From an uncultured delta proteobacterium (GTDB lineage Bacteria > Desulfobacterota > Binatia > UBA9968), in assembly GCA_963804165.1 (NCBI GenBank), contig CAWDPO010000030.1, forward strand, positions 1 to 64,000: a stretch of DNA of 64,000 bases, written 5' to 3'. The notes beneath the pieces are model-generated. The model saw only the letters and a program-made list of their open reading frames with translations, ran no database searches and was not told where the DNA came from. A program made the position numbers and the translations under genes. Shown here piece after piece: positions 25,143-35,211 of the stretch. Positions within the stretch are counted from its first letter, which is position 1. Each line of letters opens with the position of its first letter.

Positions 25143-27329
25143 ATGCCCCGCATCCTACGTGCCGCGATGCCGTAGACCGCCGTCGCCGATCCGCGGCATC
25201 GTCGCGATCCTCGCGCATCGCGGCGTGGGCGATGCGCCGGGCCGGCCCCCGGGCGCCGTCAGCCGGCCGACGCTCCGTCATCCTCATCTCCATCGACACG
25301 CTCCGCGCCGATCGGCTGCCGGCCTACGGCTACACCAAGGTCCGGACGCCGAACCTCGACGCGTTCGCCGCGCAGGCGGTGGTGTTCGAGCGCGCCTACT
25401 CGCACGCGCCGCAGACGCTGCCCGCGCACGCGAGCATCCTGTCGGGAGCTGCTGCCGTTCGAGCACGGCGTCCGCGACAACATCGGCTTCACGCGTGAAG
25501 CCGGGGCAGTGGTCGCTGCCCCGCGCGTCTGCACGAGCGCGGCTGGCCGACCGCGCGGCTTCGTGTCGGCCTACGTGCTGCGGGCCGCCGACGCGGCATC
25601 AACCAGGGGTTCGACACCTACGACAGCGAGCTGCCCGGCGTCATCGGGCGAGCTGTCGATCGGACAGGTGCAGCGAGCCGGCGAGCAGACGCTGGCGGCG
25701 GCCGAGACAGTGGCTCGCGCAGCGCGACGCGACGAAGCCGTTCTTTCTGTTCCTCCACATCTACGAGCCGCACAAGCCGTACGCGCCGCCGGCGCGCTTC
25801 GCGTCGGCTACGAGCCCTACGACGGCGAGGTCGCCTACAGTCGACGAGATCGTCGGGCGCTTCTTCGATCGCCTGCGCGCGCTGAACCTCTACGACCGCT
25901 CGACCATCGATCGTGTCTGTCGGACCACGGCGAAGGGCTTGGCGATCACGGCGAGCAGGAACACGGGCTGTTCCTCTACCAGGAGACGACGCGCATTCCG
26001 CTGATCGTGAAGCCCGCGGGTGGCGCGGCGGGACGGCGCGTCGCCGCGCCGGTGCAGCAGATCGATCTCGTGCCGACGCTCCTCGATCGCGATCGGCGCC
26101 GCCGAAGCCGGCGAACATGCACGGGCCGCTCGCTGAAGCCGCTGCTCGACGGCACGCGGCACGGTCGCCGATACGGGCATCTACGCCGAGGCGCTCTATT
26201 CGCGCTACCACTTCGGCTGGAGCGAGCTCTACTCGCTGACCGACGCGCGCTATCGGTTGATCCGGGCGCCGCGCGACGAGCTGTTCGATCTCGAGCGCGA
26301 TCCGCGCGAGGCGCGCGTCGGTCGCCGCCGAGCGGCCGCAGGTCCGGCAGGCGATGCGCACCGCGCTCGAAGGCCTGATCCGGAACGCCGCGATCGCGGC
26401 GCCGGCCGCGGTCACCGACGAGGACAAGCAGCGGCTCGCCGCCCTCGGCTACGTCGGCGGCGGCAGCAGCGTCGCGCTGTCGCTGCCCGGCGACTCGCTG
26501 CCGGACCCGAAGGACAAGGTCAAGGTCCTCGAGCGCTACCGGCAGGCCGCCGATCTCGCCGGCGCGCTGAAGTTCGACGAGGCCGTCGCGGTCTACCGCG
26601 AGGTCCTGGCCGAGGATCCCGAGATGACCGACGTGTGGCTGCAGCTCGCGGAAGTGCAGGTCCGCCGCGGCAGCATGCCGGACGCGATCGCGGCCTACAA
26701 GGAAGTCATCAAGCGCAAGCCCGAAGGACGCCGGCAGCCTGATCGGCGTCGCCGGAGCGCTGCTGCGGATCGGCACAGCTCGACGAGGCGCGGCAGCACG
26801 CCGAGCTCGCCGTCAGTGTCGCGCCCGGCCGGCGCGCACGAGATGCTCGCGAAGATCGCGCTCGCGCGCGCGCGACCGCGCAAACCGCGCGGCGCGAAGC
26901 GGCGCTGGCGCAGCAGGCCGACAGCACGCTGCCGATGCCGCTCTACGTCGAGGGGCTGCTCCTCTACAACGAGGGCCGGTACGCCGAGGCGCTCGGCCCG
27001 CTCATGCGCGCGCAGGGAGGCGCTGCGCGGACGCACGGTCCAGATGAACGACCTCAACTATTACATCGGCGATTCGCTGGCGCGGCTGCGAGCGCTACCC
27101 GGAGGCGGAGCCGTACCTGCTCGACGAAGTGCGGCTGTTCCCGCACAACATCCGCGCGCGCGCCGGGCTGGCGATGCTCTACCGCGCGATGGGCCGCAAC
27201 GCCGAATCCGAGCGCGCCATCGAGGAGATGCTGCGCGTGTCGCCGACGCCGGAAGCGCGCGTCGTCGCGGCGCAGCTCTGGACGATGTTCGGCGAGCCCG
27301 AGAAGGCGCAGCGGGTGAGAATCCGCTAG
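25143..27329 (+). CDS. Sulfatase-like hydrolase/transferase with C-terminal TPRs, frameshifted
   Basis: ILISIDTLRAD, TPNLD, APQTLPAHASI, HIYEPH, SDHGEGLGDHGEQEHG, LAALGY, TPR tail. Confidence 0.85.
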
Positions 27330-27368
27330 GCCGTCGGGAGATGGAAACTGGGTGGTCGCTTATCCGTT

Positions 27369-27523
27369 CGCAGGAGATCAGGAGGAAAGGAGACCAGGCG
27401 CGAATGGCGGACGCCTGGTCATGCTTCGGATCCTGACTGGCCCAACGACAGGCGCTGGGCCCAGCACCGAACCGCCGAACGATCCAGGTAATTACTGATC
27501 TCCTACCCTCTTCATCTCCTGCG
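27369..27523. repeat. MITE-like element with imperfect 25-bp terminal inverted repeats
   Basis: CGCAGGAGATCAGGAGGAAAGGAGA ... TCTCCTACCCTCTTCATCTCCTGCG; internal hairpin GACCAGGCG/CGCCTGGTC. Confidence 0.55.
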
Positions 27524-27541
27524 GCCTCGAGGCCGGCTGCG

Positions 27542-29483
27542 TCAGCGCAGCCGCGTGTCCGCGGTCATGCGGTTCTCCGTCGCCTGCAGGAAGAACGTCT
27601 CCCACTGCGGCGGAAGCGATCGAGCTTGGCGACCTGCGCGCTGTCGACGGGACGGCCGTCGTGACGACGTAGATGAAGGCCTGGCGATGGACCTTGGCGG
27701 AATCGGCCGCCGCGGGGAGGCGCTGGCCCATGACGGCGATCATGTCCTCGATCAGCACGTCGCGCCGCGTGCCGGTGAACGACACGCCCATCGACGGCGC
27801 CGATCGCCGGTCGCTCGTGCGTGCGAGGCCGGGTTCTCCACGTAGAAGAACGTCGGCACGCCGGACGGCGGCACCAGCCCCATCGCGTACTGATCGAGCC
27901 GGCTGAAGCGCTTGACCGCGTCGGACGGTCCGGAACTGCCCGCCGCCGAGGTCCTCGATGTCGTTCCCTTCCATCACCGACGCGTCGGAGTCGAAGAAGA
28001 AGCTCCAGTGCGCCTGGTCGCGCCCGAGCAGCGCGTCGGAGCGCGCGCCGGTGTGATCGCGGAACTCGCATGTAGGCGCGCCAGCGGTGGCCGACTTCCT
28101 GGCCCGAGCACGCTCAGCGTGTTGTTCTCGCCGAGGAACTTCGTCGCCGGGTCCTCCGGGTACTTGCCGATCCAGTCCATCACCACCAGCGAACGCAGGC
28201 GCCCGGCGCTGCCGAGCGACCGCGAGAGATCGTAGATGTCCTGGCCGATGCCGCGCACCTCGTTGGCGACCGTCAGCTCGTAGGCGAACGCGTCGCGGAT
28301 GAGCGGCTGGTCCGTCCACAGCAGGATCTGGTCGTAGTTGTCCGGGTGCGTCGCGTAGAACTTCTTCGCCACCGCGAACGTGTCGATCGTGTTCGCCTGG
28401 GCGAAACGCTCGGCGATGGCGCCGCGCGCTCGAGACGCGTGCCGGTCGTCAGATCGACGAGCGAGACGTCGGCGGTGTGCCCCGGCGAGATGCCGACGAC
28501 GGCGTCGCCGATGTTGATCGCGTCGCTGTATTTCAGCTCGACGCTGCCGTCGGGAAAGCAGCGTCGCCTGCGCGGTGACCGTGCGGGTCGAGTCGAAGCC
28601 GCGGACGTTGCACCAGGTGACGGTGTAGCGGTCGGACGCGGCGTTCACGAAGATCTTCCCGGCGCCCGTCGTCGGATCGAGATCGGCGAAGAACGGCGCG
28701 ACGCGAGGCGGACCGGTCAGCAGCCGCGCCGACGTTGCGCTCGGTGCTGGCGCTGTCCGCTTCGCCGAACGTGATGTTGCCGTCGGAGTTGACGAAGGCC
28801 GCCGTCTGCGCCGTGCCGTAGAACGGGAACGAGAACGGAATGCTGACGCTCGCCGAGTCGTCGTCGGTCAGCGTGACGCGGTTGCCGAGCGCGGAGCGGA
28901 AGTTGCCGTCGATCCTCGAGAGCGTGTAGCTGGTGCCGTTGCGCGTGAAGCGGAGGCCCGTGCTGCGCACGTCGTAGGGGTTCGGCCGGCAGGATCAGAT
29001 CGCCGGTGTCCTGGATGACGGCGATTTCGCCGATGTCTTCGCGCGACCGGCGCCGGCGTTGTGATCGCGGTGCGGCCGAATCCGTCGGTCGGTGACCGCG
29101 GCCGCGCGAGCGCGCGGCCGCGCGCCGCGCGCTGCGCGCGGCCTCGTGCAGCGCCAGCGCCTCGGTACACACGGCCGCGCGGATTGCCGTCGATGAGCGT
29201 CTTCTTTTCGCTCGGCGGTCGAGGGTCGCTCCGGTCGCGTCGACCAGGCCGACCGTCGCCTCGTCGGCGTGCCGGCCAGCAGCGCCGTCAGTGCACGGGA
29301 TTGGTCGGCGTCGTGCCTCCGCCGCCGCCGCCCGCCCCCGCCGCCGCCCCGCCGCTGCCGCCCGAACCGCCCGCCGTTGCTACCGCCGCCGCACGCGGCA
29401 GGAACGGAAACGAGGAACGCGAACGAGAGCGTGACTACGAGACATAAGCAGGTTCCAGAACGCGCGCTGGAACGTCGAGGCAT
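27542..29483 (-). CDS. Secreted protein with nidogen (NIDO)-like domain and metallopeptidase-like C-terminal region, frameshifted
   Basis: LTDDDS..IPFSFPFYG..FVNSDGNITF, PRVAPFFADLDP; GQEVGHRW, HWSFFFDSDASVMEGN. Confidence 0.6.
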
Positions 29484-29502
29484 GAGACAGTCCCCGCAGA
29501 CA

Positions 29503-29537
29503 CAAAACCCCGGGGCTGCGCAGAGCGACCCCGGGTT
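29503..29537 (-). terminator. Rho-independent terminator after TonB receptor gene
   Basis: Minus strand AACCCGGGG..CCCCGGGG TTTTG, 30 nt after the stop. Confidence 0.55.
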
Positions 29538-29565
29538 GAGTGTACCAGCGCCGGCAGAGCGCGAC

Positions 29566-32437
29566 TCAGAAATTCACGCGGGCGCCGAGCCGGAAGATGC
29601 GGGGGTTCATGAATTCGAGGATCTCGTTGAAGCCGGTCGCGCCCGGTCAGCGCGCAGGTTGTACTGGCGGCCGAGCACGGTCGCGCTGTTGGTCGAGGTT
29701 GAAGACGTCGAGGTCGAGCAGCAAGTTGACGCGGTTGATCTTGAACGCCTTCTCGATGCGCACGTCGAGCGAGCTGACCGCCGGCAGCCGGAACTCGCGA
29801 CACGTCGTCCACGACCAGCACGCTCTTGTTGCTCGAGAGCGGATCGCCGGTCGCGCACGTTGCTCCGGAAGTAGGGCATCGCGTAGCCCTGCCGCAGCAC
29901 CCAGTTGGCGCCGAGGTTGATGCCCCAGGGTCCTGGTACATCCCGTTGGCGATGAACTGGTACTGCGGCAGCACCATGAAGATGCCGCTCTTGCCGCTGC
30001 CCGTGGTCTCGGTGACGACCAGCGCCGCCGTCGTTCTTCGGCTGACGCCGGCGTCGGCGTCGGATCCTCGATGGCGCTCGGCACCGTCGAAGTATTCCTG
30101 GTGGCTGTTGGTGGAGAACCCGAAGCGCGCCATCCAGCGGTTCGACAGCCGCTTGACGGCGCTGACCTCGAAGCCCAGGAAGCGCTGGTGTAGTCCTGCG
30201 CGCTCCTCGTAGCTGCGGCCGCCGCCGGGCGGCACCGCCGCCGGATTGATGCGCGTAGAACGGCGTGCTGAAAGCGCCGATCGGCTCGGCGTTGCCGGTC
30301 AGCGTGCCGGTCTGCGTGTAGTCGGCAGACGTCACGCCGATGAGCGGGGTCCAGTTGAACGTGGTCGAAGTGCCGGAAGGTGAACGTGCCGCTGATCCCG
30401 AAGTTCGGCATCAGCTCGTGGTCGATGCCGAACATCAATTCGTGCGTCTTCGGCGTCTTGTAGTCGCCGATCTGGTTGATGGTGGTCAGCCGCGTCGGGT
30501 TGAGCGGATCGAAGCCGTAGTACCCGACGTTGCCGAGACCGAAGCAGGATCTCGTTCGGGATCGGCGCTTGTTGCCGTTGGTGTCGATCGCGTAGTAGTA
30601 GATCGCCGAGTACTGGATGGCCGAGATGTGCTCGCCTGCCGTCGCGCCCAGCTGCGACGCGAACATCGCGTAGCTGCGCGCGCGCGACGGTCTTGCGCTG
30701 CTCGTTGAGCGCGTAGGTCAGGCCGAGGCGCGGCGTGACCGCGTTCCAGACGATCGCGTTCGTCTGCCGGCGTCGCGGTGAGAGCCGGCAGCAGGCTCGG
30801 GCAGCACGGGGCTCGCCGGGACGCTGGCGGCGCCGAGCGAGGCCGCCTGGCGATCCCAGCGGACGCCGAGGTTGACCGTCAGCGCGATCCAGCGACAGGT
30901 GTCGCCGCACGTAGGCGCTGGTGTAGACCGCGTCGGTCAGCGGCGTGCCCGGGCGCGTGACTTCGCGAACATGTCCGGATAGCCGATGTGGATGCTGAAA
31001 CGACGCCGTTGCCCGGATAGGCGTCGGTCGAGTCGACCGTGGCCTTGCGCCAGCCGAAGCCGAACTTCAGCTCGTGCCGGCCGCTGAACGAGTTGCCGTC
31101 GACCGAGATGTTGTTCTGCGGCCGATCGGTCGCGTAGGTGTCGGTCGAGCCGCGGATGACGCCGCCGTCGTCCACGTACATCAGTGTCTGTGTCGGGCCG
31201 CCGTGCGCCGCGAGCTGGAAGCCGCCGTCGACGTGCGAGCCGCGTGCCGCAGGAACAGGTTGTTGCCGATGACGAAGTTGCCTTCGCCCTTGTACAGCGT
31301 GGTCGGGCCGCTCTGGTCGTAGGTGGTCTCGTCGGCGCGAGTCGGACCGCGGCACGCGGCCGAACTTCTCCTTGTCGCCGCGGAAGAACGTGAAGTTCGC
31401 GCGGAGGCCGTTGTCACCTGGCCGGTCGCCTTGAACGACGAGTCCTTCAGCTCGGTCCGGTCGTGCGTGCCTCAGGTCCGAGCGTGATGAGAGTCGACGT
31501 CGTCTTGCCGTACGCGCCCCACGCCCAGAGACGGTTCTTGAAGATCGGCCCGCCGAGCTCGAAGCCGGAGTCGTAGTACTCGTCCATGCGGTTGCCCTTG
31601 CCCGATCGTGCCGCCGATCGTCGCCGTCAGGTCGTCGGGCAGGTTGTTCGCCTGCAGGTCTTCGTTCTCGAAATAGATGCGCGTGCTGCCGTGCGGCGTG
31701 TTGCGTGCCGCTCTTGAGCACCAAGTTCAGCTGCACGCCCGGCGTCGGGCTGGTCACGTCGGCGCCGCCGGTCGTGACCTGCATCTCCTGGAACATGTCG
31801 AAGTCGTAGTAGGTCGGCGTCGAGCCGAGCGCGGCCATGTCGGTGATCGCGATCGCCGTCGATGTTCCACGTGTTCTCGCCGCCGCTCGGCGCCCTTCGC
31901 CTGGTAGTTCGACTGCTGGCCGGACTCGGCGCCGCCGACGTTGACGCGGTCGACGATGACGCCCGGAACGGTCTGCAGCACGACCCACGGGTCGCGCGAC
32001 GAGGGAATGTTCTGCAGCTCCTCGACGCTGACGTTCGTCGTCGTCGCCATCTTCTTGGTGTCGACGATCGGCGATGTCGCTGGTGACCTGGACCTGCGTC
32101 GAGCGACGCCGGCGACCGCCAGCGCGATTTTCAGCGGGACGCTGCGCGCCGGTGGCGACGACGATGCTCTTATTCAGGTAGTCGCTGAAGCCGGCCAGCT
32201 TCGCGGTGACCGTGTACGTGCCGGGCGCGAGGTTCAGGAAGTGCGCTTCACCGGCGGTCGTCGGTGACCGCCGAGTGCTTCTGCGGCCCGCTGATGTCGA
32301 CGGTGACGCCCGGAAGGACGGCGCCGGTGCTGTCGGCGACGGCGGCGTCGATGCGCCCCGTGGAATGCGCCGCCGATGGGCTGCTACCGCCAGGGGCGGC
32401 GCACAGGATCACGGTAGCACGAATGAGCGGAAAGCAT
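29566..32437 (-). CDS. TonB-dependent receptor with N-terminal carboxypeptidase-regulatory-like domain (Oar-like), heavily frameshifted
   Basis: DSTGAVLPGVTV, LQNIPSSRDPWVVLQTVPGV, YYDFDMFQEMQVTTGG, PRLGLTY, C-terminal PRIFRLGARVNF*. Confidence 0.85.
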
Positions 32438-32495
32438 CAAACCACCCCCAACTATGCAAGAAGAGGCCGTCTAAGCGCTGCTGAGGTATAATCAG

Positions 32496-32774
32496 CTACT
32501 TGGCGAATCGGTCGAAGATGTCGACCAGCTCCTGAGAGCCACTGTGCCGCGCTCCGGTTCTCCCTTGGCAAACGCTGTCAGGGACGCACTTTTCGACGTG
32601 GAAACGGAAGACCGCCAGGCTGATGCGGTTGAGGGCGGCCTCGGCAGCGGCGAGCTGCTGCAGGATTTCGATGCAGAGCCGGGGTTCCTGCACCATCCGG
32701 CGGATGCCCCGCACCTGGCCCTCGATCCGGTTCAACCGCGTGACGAGAGCCTGCTGCTGCGCCTCGTCCAACAT
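32496..32774 (-). CDS. CsoR/RcnR family metal-sensing repressor
   Basis: RLNRIEGQVRGIRRMV..CIEILQQLAA..HVEKC. Confidence 0.9.
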   Translation of the reverse strand: MLDEAQQQALVTRLNRIEGQVRGIRRMVQEPRLCIEILQQLAAAEAALNRISLAVFRFHVEKCVPDSVCQGRTGARHSGSQELVDIFDRFAK

Positions 32775-32827
32775 CGGGGAGCCCCTTTGCGTGTGGAGTT
32801 AAGGGCGACACTATATACACAATAGAA

Positions 32828-33104
32828 GTGGAAACGCGGGTGAAAATTCGAACGGGGGCGGTTCTCGGTGCCGGCGTGATGGGGGCCCAGATCGCGGCGC
32901 ACTTCGCGAACGCCGGCCTGCGGGTCCGCCTGCTGGACGTGACACGCGACGCGGCCCGCGAGGGCTCGAGCGGGCGAAACGGCTCAAACCGGATCCTTTT
33001 TCACGCCCGACACGGCCGCGTCGATCGAGACCGGTAGTTTCGACGAGGACCTGGCCGGGCTGTCAGAGTCCGACTGGATCGTCGAAGCGATCGTCGAGCA
33101 GCTC
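32828..33104 (+). CDS. 3-hydroxyacyl-CoA dehydrogenase N-terminus (FadN/FadB-like), truncated at junction
   Basis: AVLGAGVMGAQIAAHFANAG; reconstructed ..SDWIVEAIVEQL, then the sequence switches. Confidence 0.85.
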
Positions 33105-33112
33105 ATCAGAGC

Positions 33113-33815
33113 TTAACGTCACCCACGCGACTTTGACCGCGTTCTCAGCGGCGATCAGATCGGCTTGCGCCGTATAGAGGTTGGCCTCCGCTCTGGCGAC
33201 ATCGATGCGAGCCCGGGTGCCGACCTCGTAAAAACCTCGCGCTTGGCGAACCAGAAGTTCGCGGTTTCGCACCGTGTCCTTGCGCACATTGACGAGTGCT
33301 TGGGCGCCTAGATAAACATAGTAGGCCTGCTTGATCGCCAGAATGATATCCTGGTTTGTCGTCTCATAGTCTTGCTTCGTCGCGTCCAGAGTCTCTCGCG
33401 CCGCCTGGACGTTGCCCTCGCGTTTGCCGAAATTATAAAGCGTCATATTGAAGTTCGCCTGACTGGAGAACGTGTCTGCTGCATGATCGCTACCACCGCT
33501 GGTGCTGCTCTGGCTGGTGCGGTAAGAATTGCTCATGCCAATGGTGGGGTAATATGCCGACATCTGCTGGCCCAAAACCGCCTGCTGAGAACCGACTCGC
33601 TCGTTCGCGGATTTGATCCTCGGATGATTTTCCAATCCGATCCGAACGGCGTCTTCGATCGTAAGCAGTTTTCCGGTTGGCGAGGGCGAAGTCGATGGCG
33701 CCGCTTGAACCTGCATCTGAATTTCAGCCCCCCTGACCGAGGCCGCGAGACCCAACCCGCATCCTGCAATGCAAGCAGTTAATCGCAATATCTGACTAAC
33801 GTTTTTTCCGGTCAT
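33113..33815 (-). CDS. TolC family outer-membrane protein, C-terminally truncated at junction
   Basis: Signal peptide; LTIEDAVRIGLENHP, YNFGKR, IKQAYY, FYEVGTRARIDVARAEANL; only about half the usual length. Confidence 0.85.
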
Positions 33816-33934
33816 ACAGTTCCTCCGTGTTAGCGCCGGCAGAATATATGGTTTTTAGTCCTTGAAAGCAAAACCGCGGAAGTGCCCATTTTCCGGGAGC
33901 AAATCGCGCCGAAAATGCCTTTGTTGGCCGCGGT

Positions 33935-34708
33935 TTAAGGTAGCAGTGCAAAAATTCGCAGCGGCGCGCCGCTGCCTCCTTTGATTTTCATCGGCAACGC
34001 GAAAATCGTCATGCTTTTGGCCGGCAACCGATCCAAACCTGCGACATTTTCAAAGATCGGCACATTGGCCGCGCCGAGAATTTGATGGACGACAAAATCG
34101 CGGGATTGCCCGTGGTCGATGCTCGGCGTGTCGATTCCGACTGCTTTCACTTGTCTTTGTTTGACGAGAAACTCGGCGATCTGTTTCGACAGACCGGGAA
34201 AATGAAGATCGGCGACGTTACCGGGCTCCTCGGTACCGAAGTAACGCTTGCGGTCACCCCAATACTGCCCCCAACCCGTGCGCGCCAGCACGATCGAGCC
34301 TGGCGCGATCCGTCCATGAGTCTTTTCCCAGGCGCGCAAGTCTTCGATCTGTAATAGATAATCCGGATTCTTCTCGGCCTTTCGCCGCACATCAATGACG
34401 ACTCCCGGACCGATGGTTCGGGCCAGCGGAATCTGTTCGACGGTCCACTTGCCTTCGGCGAAGTGAAACGGCGCATCCATGTGCGTGCCGACGTGTTCGG
34501 ACGCACTGTAATTGTAAGAGGAGTACCAGAATCCCGCCGGGGTCCTGCCTTCGTTTACTTTTTCAAGGTGAAACGGCTTGGCAGTAGGCCAGTGATGGGT
34601 TTCTTCGCTGAAGGGGTAAGTCAAATCGACGAGCTTTTTCTCGTCCAACGCGTGCGCAGGTCGCGCCCACAAAAGCAGCGAGAACGACAGAACGAGCAGC
34701 GTTCGCAT
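33935..34708 (-). CDS. Cyclase family protein (kynurenine formamidase-like) with signal peptide
   Basis: EHVGTHMDAPFHF, RTGW, FPG, GIDTPSID, FENV, GGSGAPLR. Confidence 0.92.
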   Translation of the reverse strand: MRTLLVLSFSLLLWARPAHALDEKKLVDLTYPFSEETHHWPTAKPFHLEKVNEGRTPAGFWYSSYNYSASEHVGTHMDAPFHFAEGKWTVEQIPLARTIGPGVVIDVRRKAEKNPDYLLQIEDLRAWEKTHGRIAPGSIVLARTGWGQYWGDRKRYFGTEEPGNVADLHFPGLSKQIAEFLVKQRQVKAVGIDTPSIDHGQSRDFVVHQILGAANVPIFENVAGLDRLPAKSMTIFALPMKIKGGSGAPLRIFALLP

Positions 34709-34752
34709 AGATGATCCTCCAATTCGTAACTGAATTTAACGACGGGGCGAGG

Positions 34753-35190
34753 TTAACGGTTGGCGCGGACGGCATCGAGCTGGCGGCGGGCGTCGCCGAA
34801 GTCCGGATTGATCTTGAGAGCCGCTTCGAATTCCTTCTCAGCTTCGGCTCGACGTCCGGCGTCGGCGAGGGCGCGGCCCAATTCATAATGCGCGACATCG
34901 TCATCCGGGCAAATGACCAATCCTTCGCGATAAAGCGAAATCACTTGATCACGATTCGTCGATAGTTGCGCCTTGTCGAAATAATCGCGAAAGGCGCGAA
35001 CGCAGTCTTTCTGCTTTTGATCCTGGACCTGCTGCCCGGCGGCCAGCGCCTCCAACTCTTTGCGCTGGCGGGCGATCTCGGTTTCCTGCTGGCGGAGCTG
35101 CTCCGCCTGACGTTCCAGGACTTCCGAGTTACAAGCCGCTGACGCAGCAAAAAAGCATAGAAGGAAAATCCCGTTTGCAACGCGTTTCAT
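34753..35190 (-). CDS. TPR-containing lipoprotein
   Basis: SAAC lipobox; coiled coil; AHYELGRALADAGRRAEAEKEFEAALKINP. Confidence 0.8.
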   Translation of the reverse strand: MKRVANGIFLLCFFAASAACNSEVLERQAEQLRQQETEIARQRKELEALAAGQQVQDQKQKDCVRAFRDYFDKAQLSTNRDQVISLYREGLVICPDDDVAHYELGRALADAGRRAEAEKEFEAALKINPDFGDARRQLDAVRANR

Positions 35191-35211
35191 CTCGAATACC
35201 CTGCTCGCGCT

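Noticed and set aside
22367-26004. Very long Arg/Ala/Pro-rich ORFs (928 aa, 652 aa and similar elsewhere)
   Set aside because: These are shadow or frame-hopping ORFs typical of high-GC DNA overlapping real genes.
16919-32437. Mass pseudogenisation or programmed frameshifting
   Set aside because: Indels hit nearly every gene, including housekeeping ones, with motifs intact and no slippery-site pattern; long-read error is the simpler explanation.
33063-33112. C-terminal tail of the TolC ORF (SSDELLDDRFDDPVGL)
   Set aside because: It is the antisense of the dehydrogenase gene across the junction, not TolC sequence.
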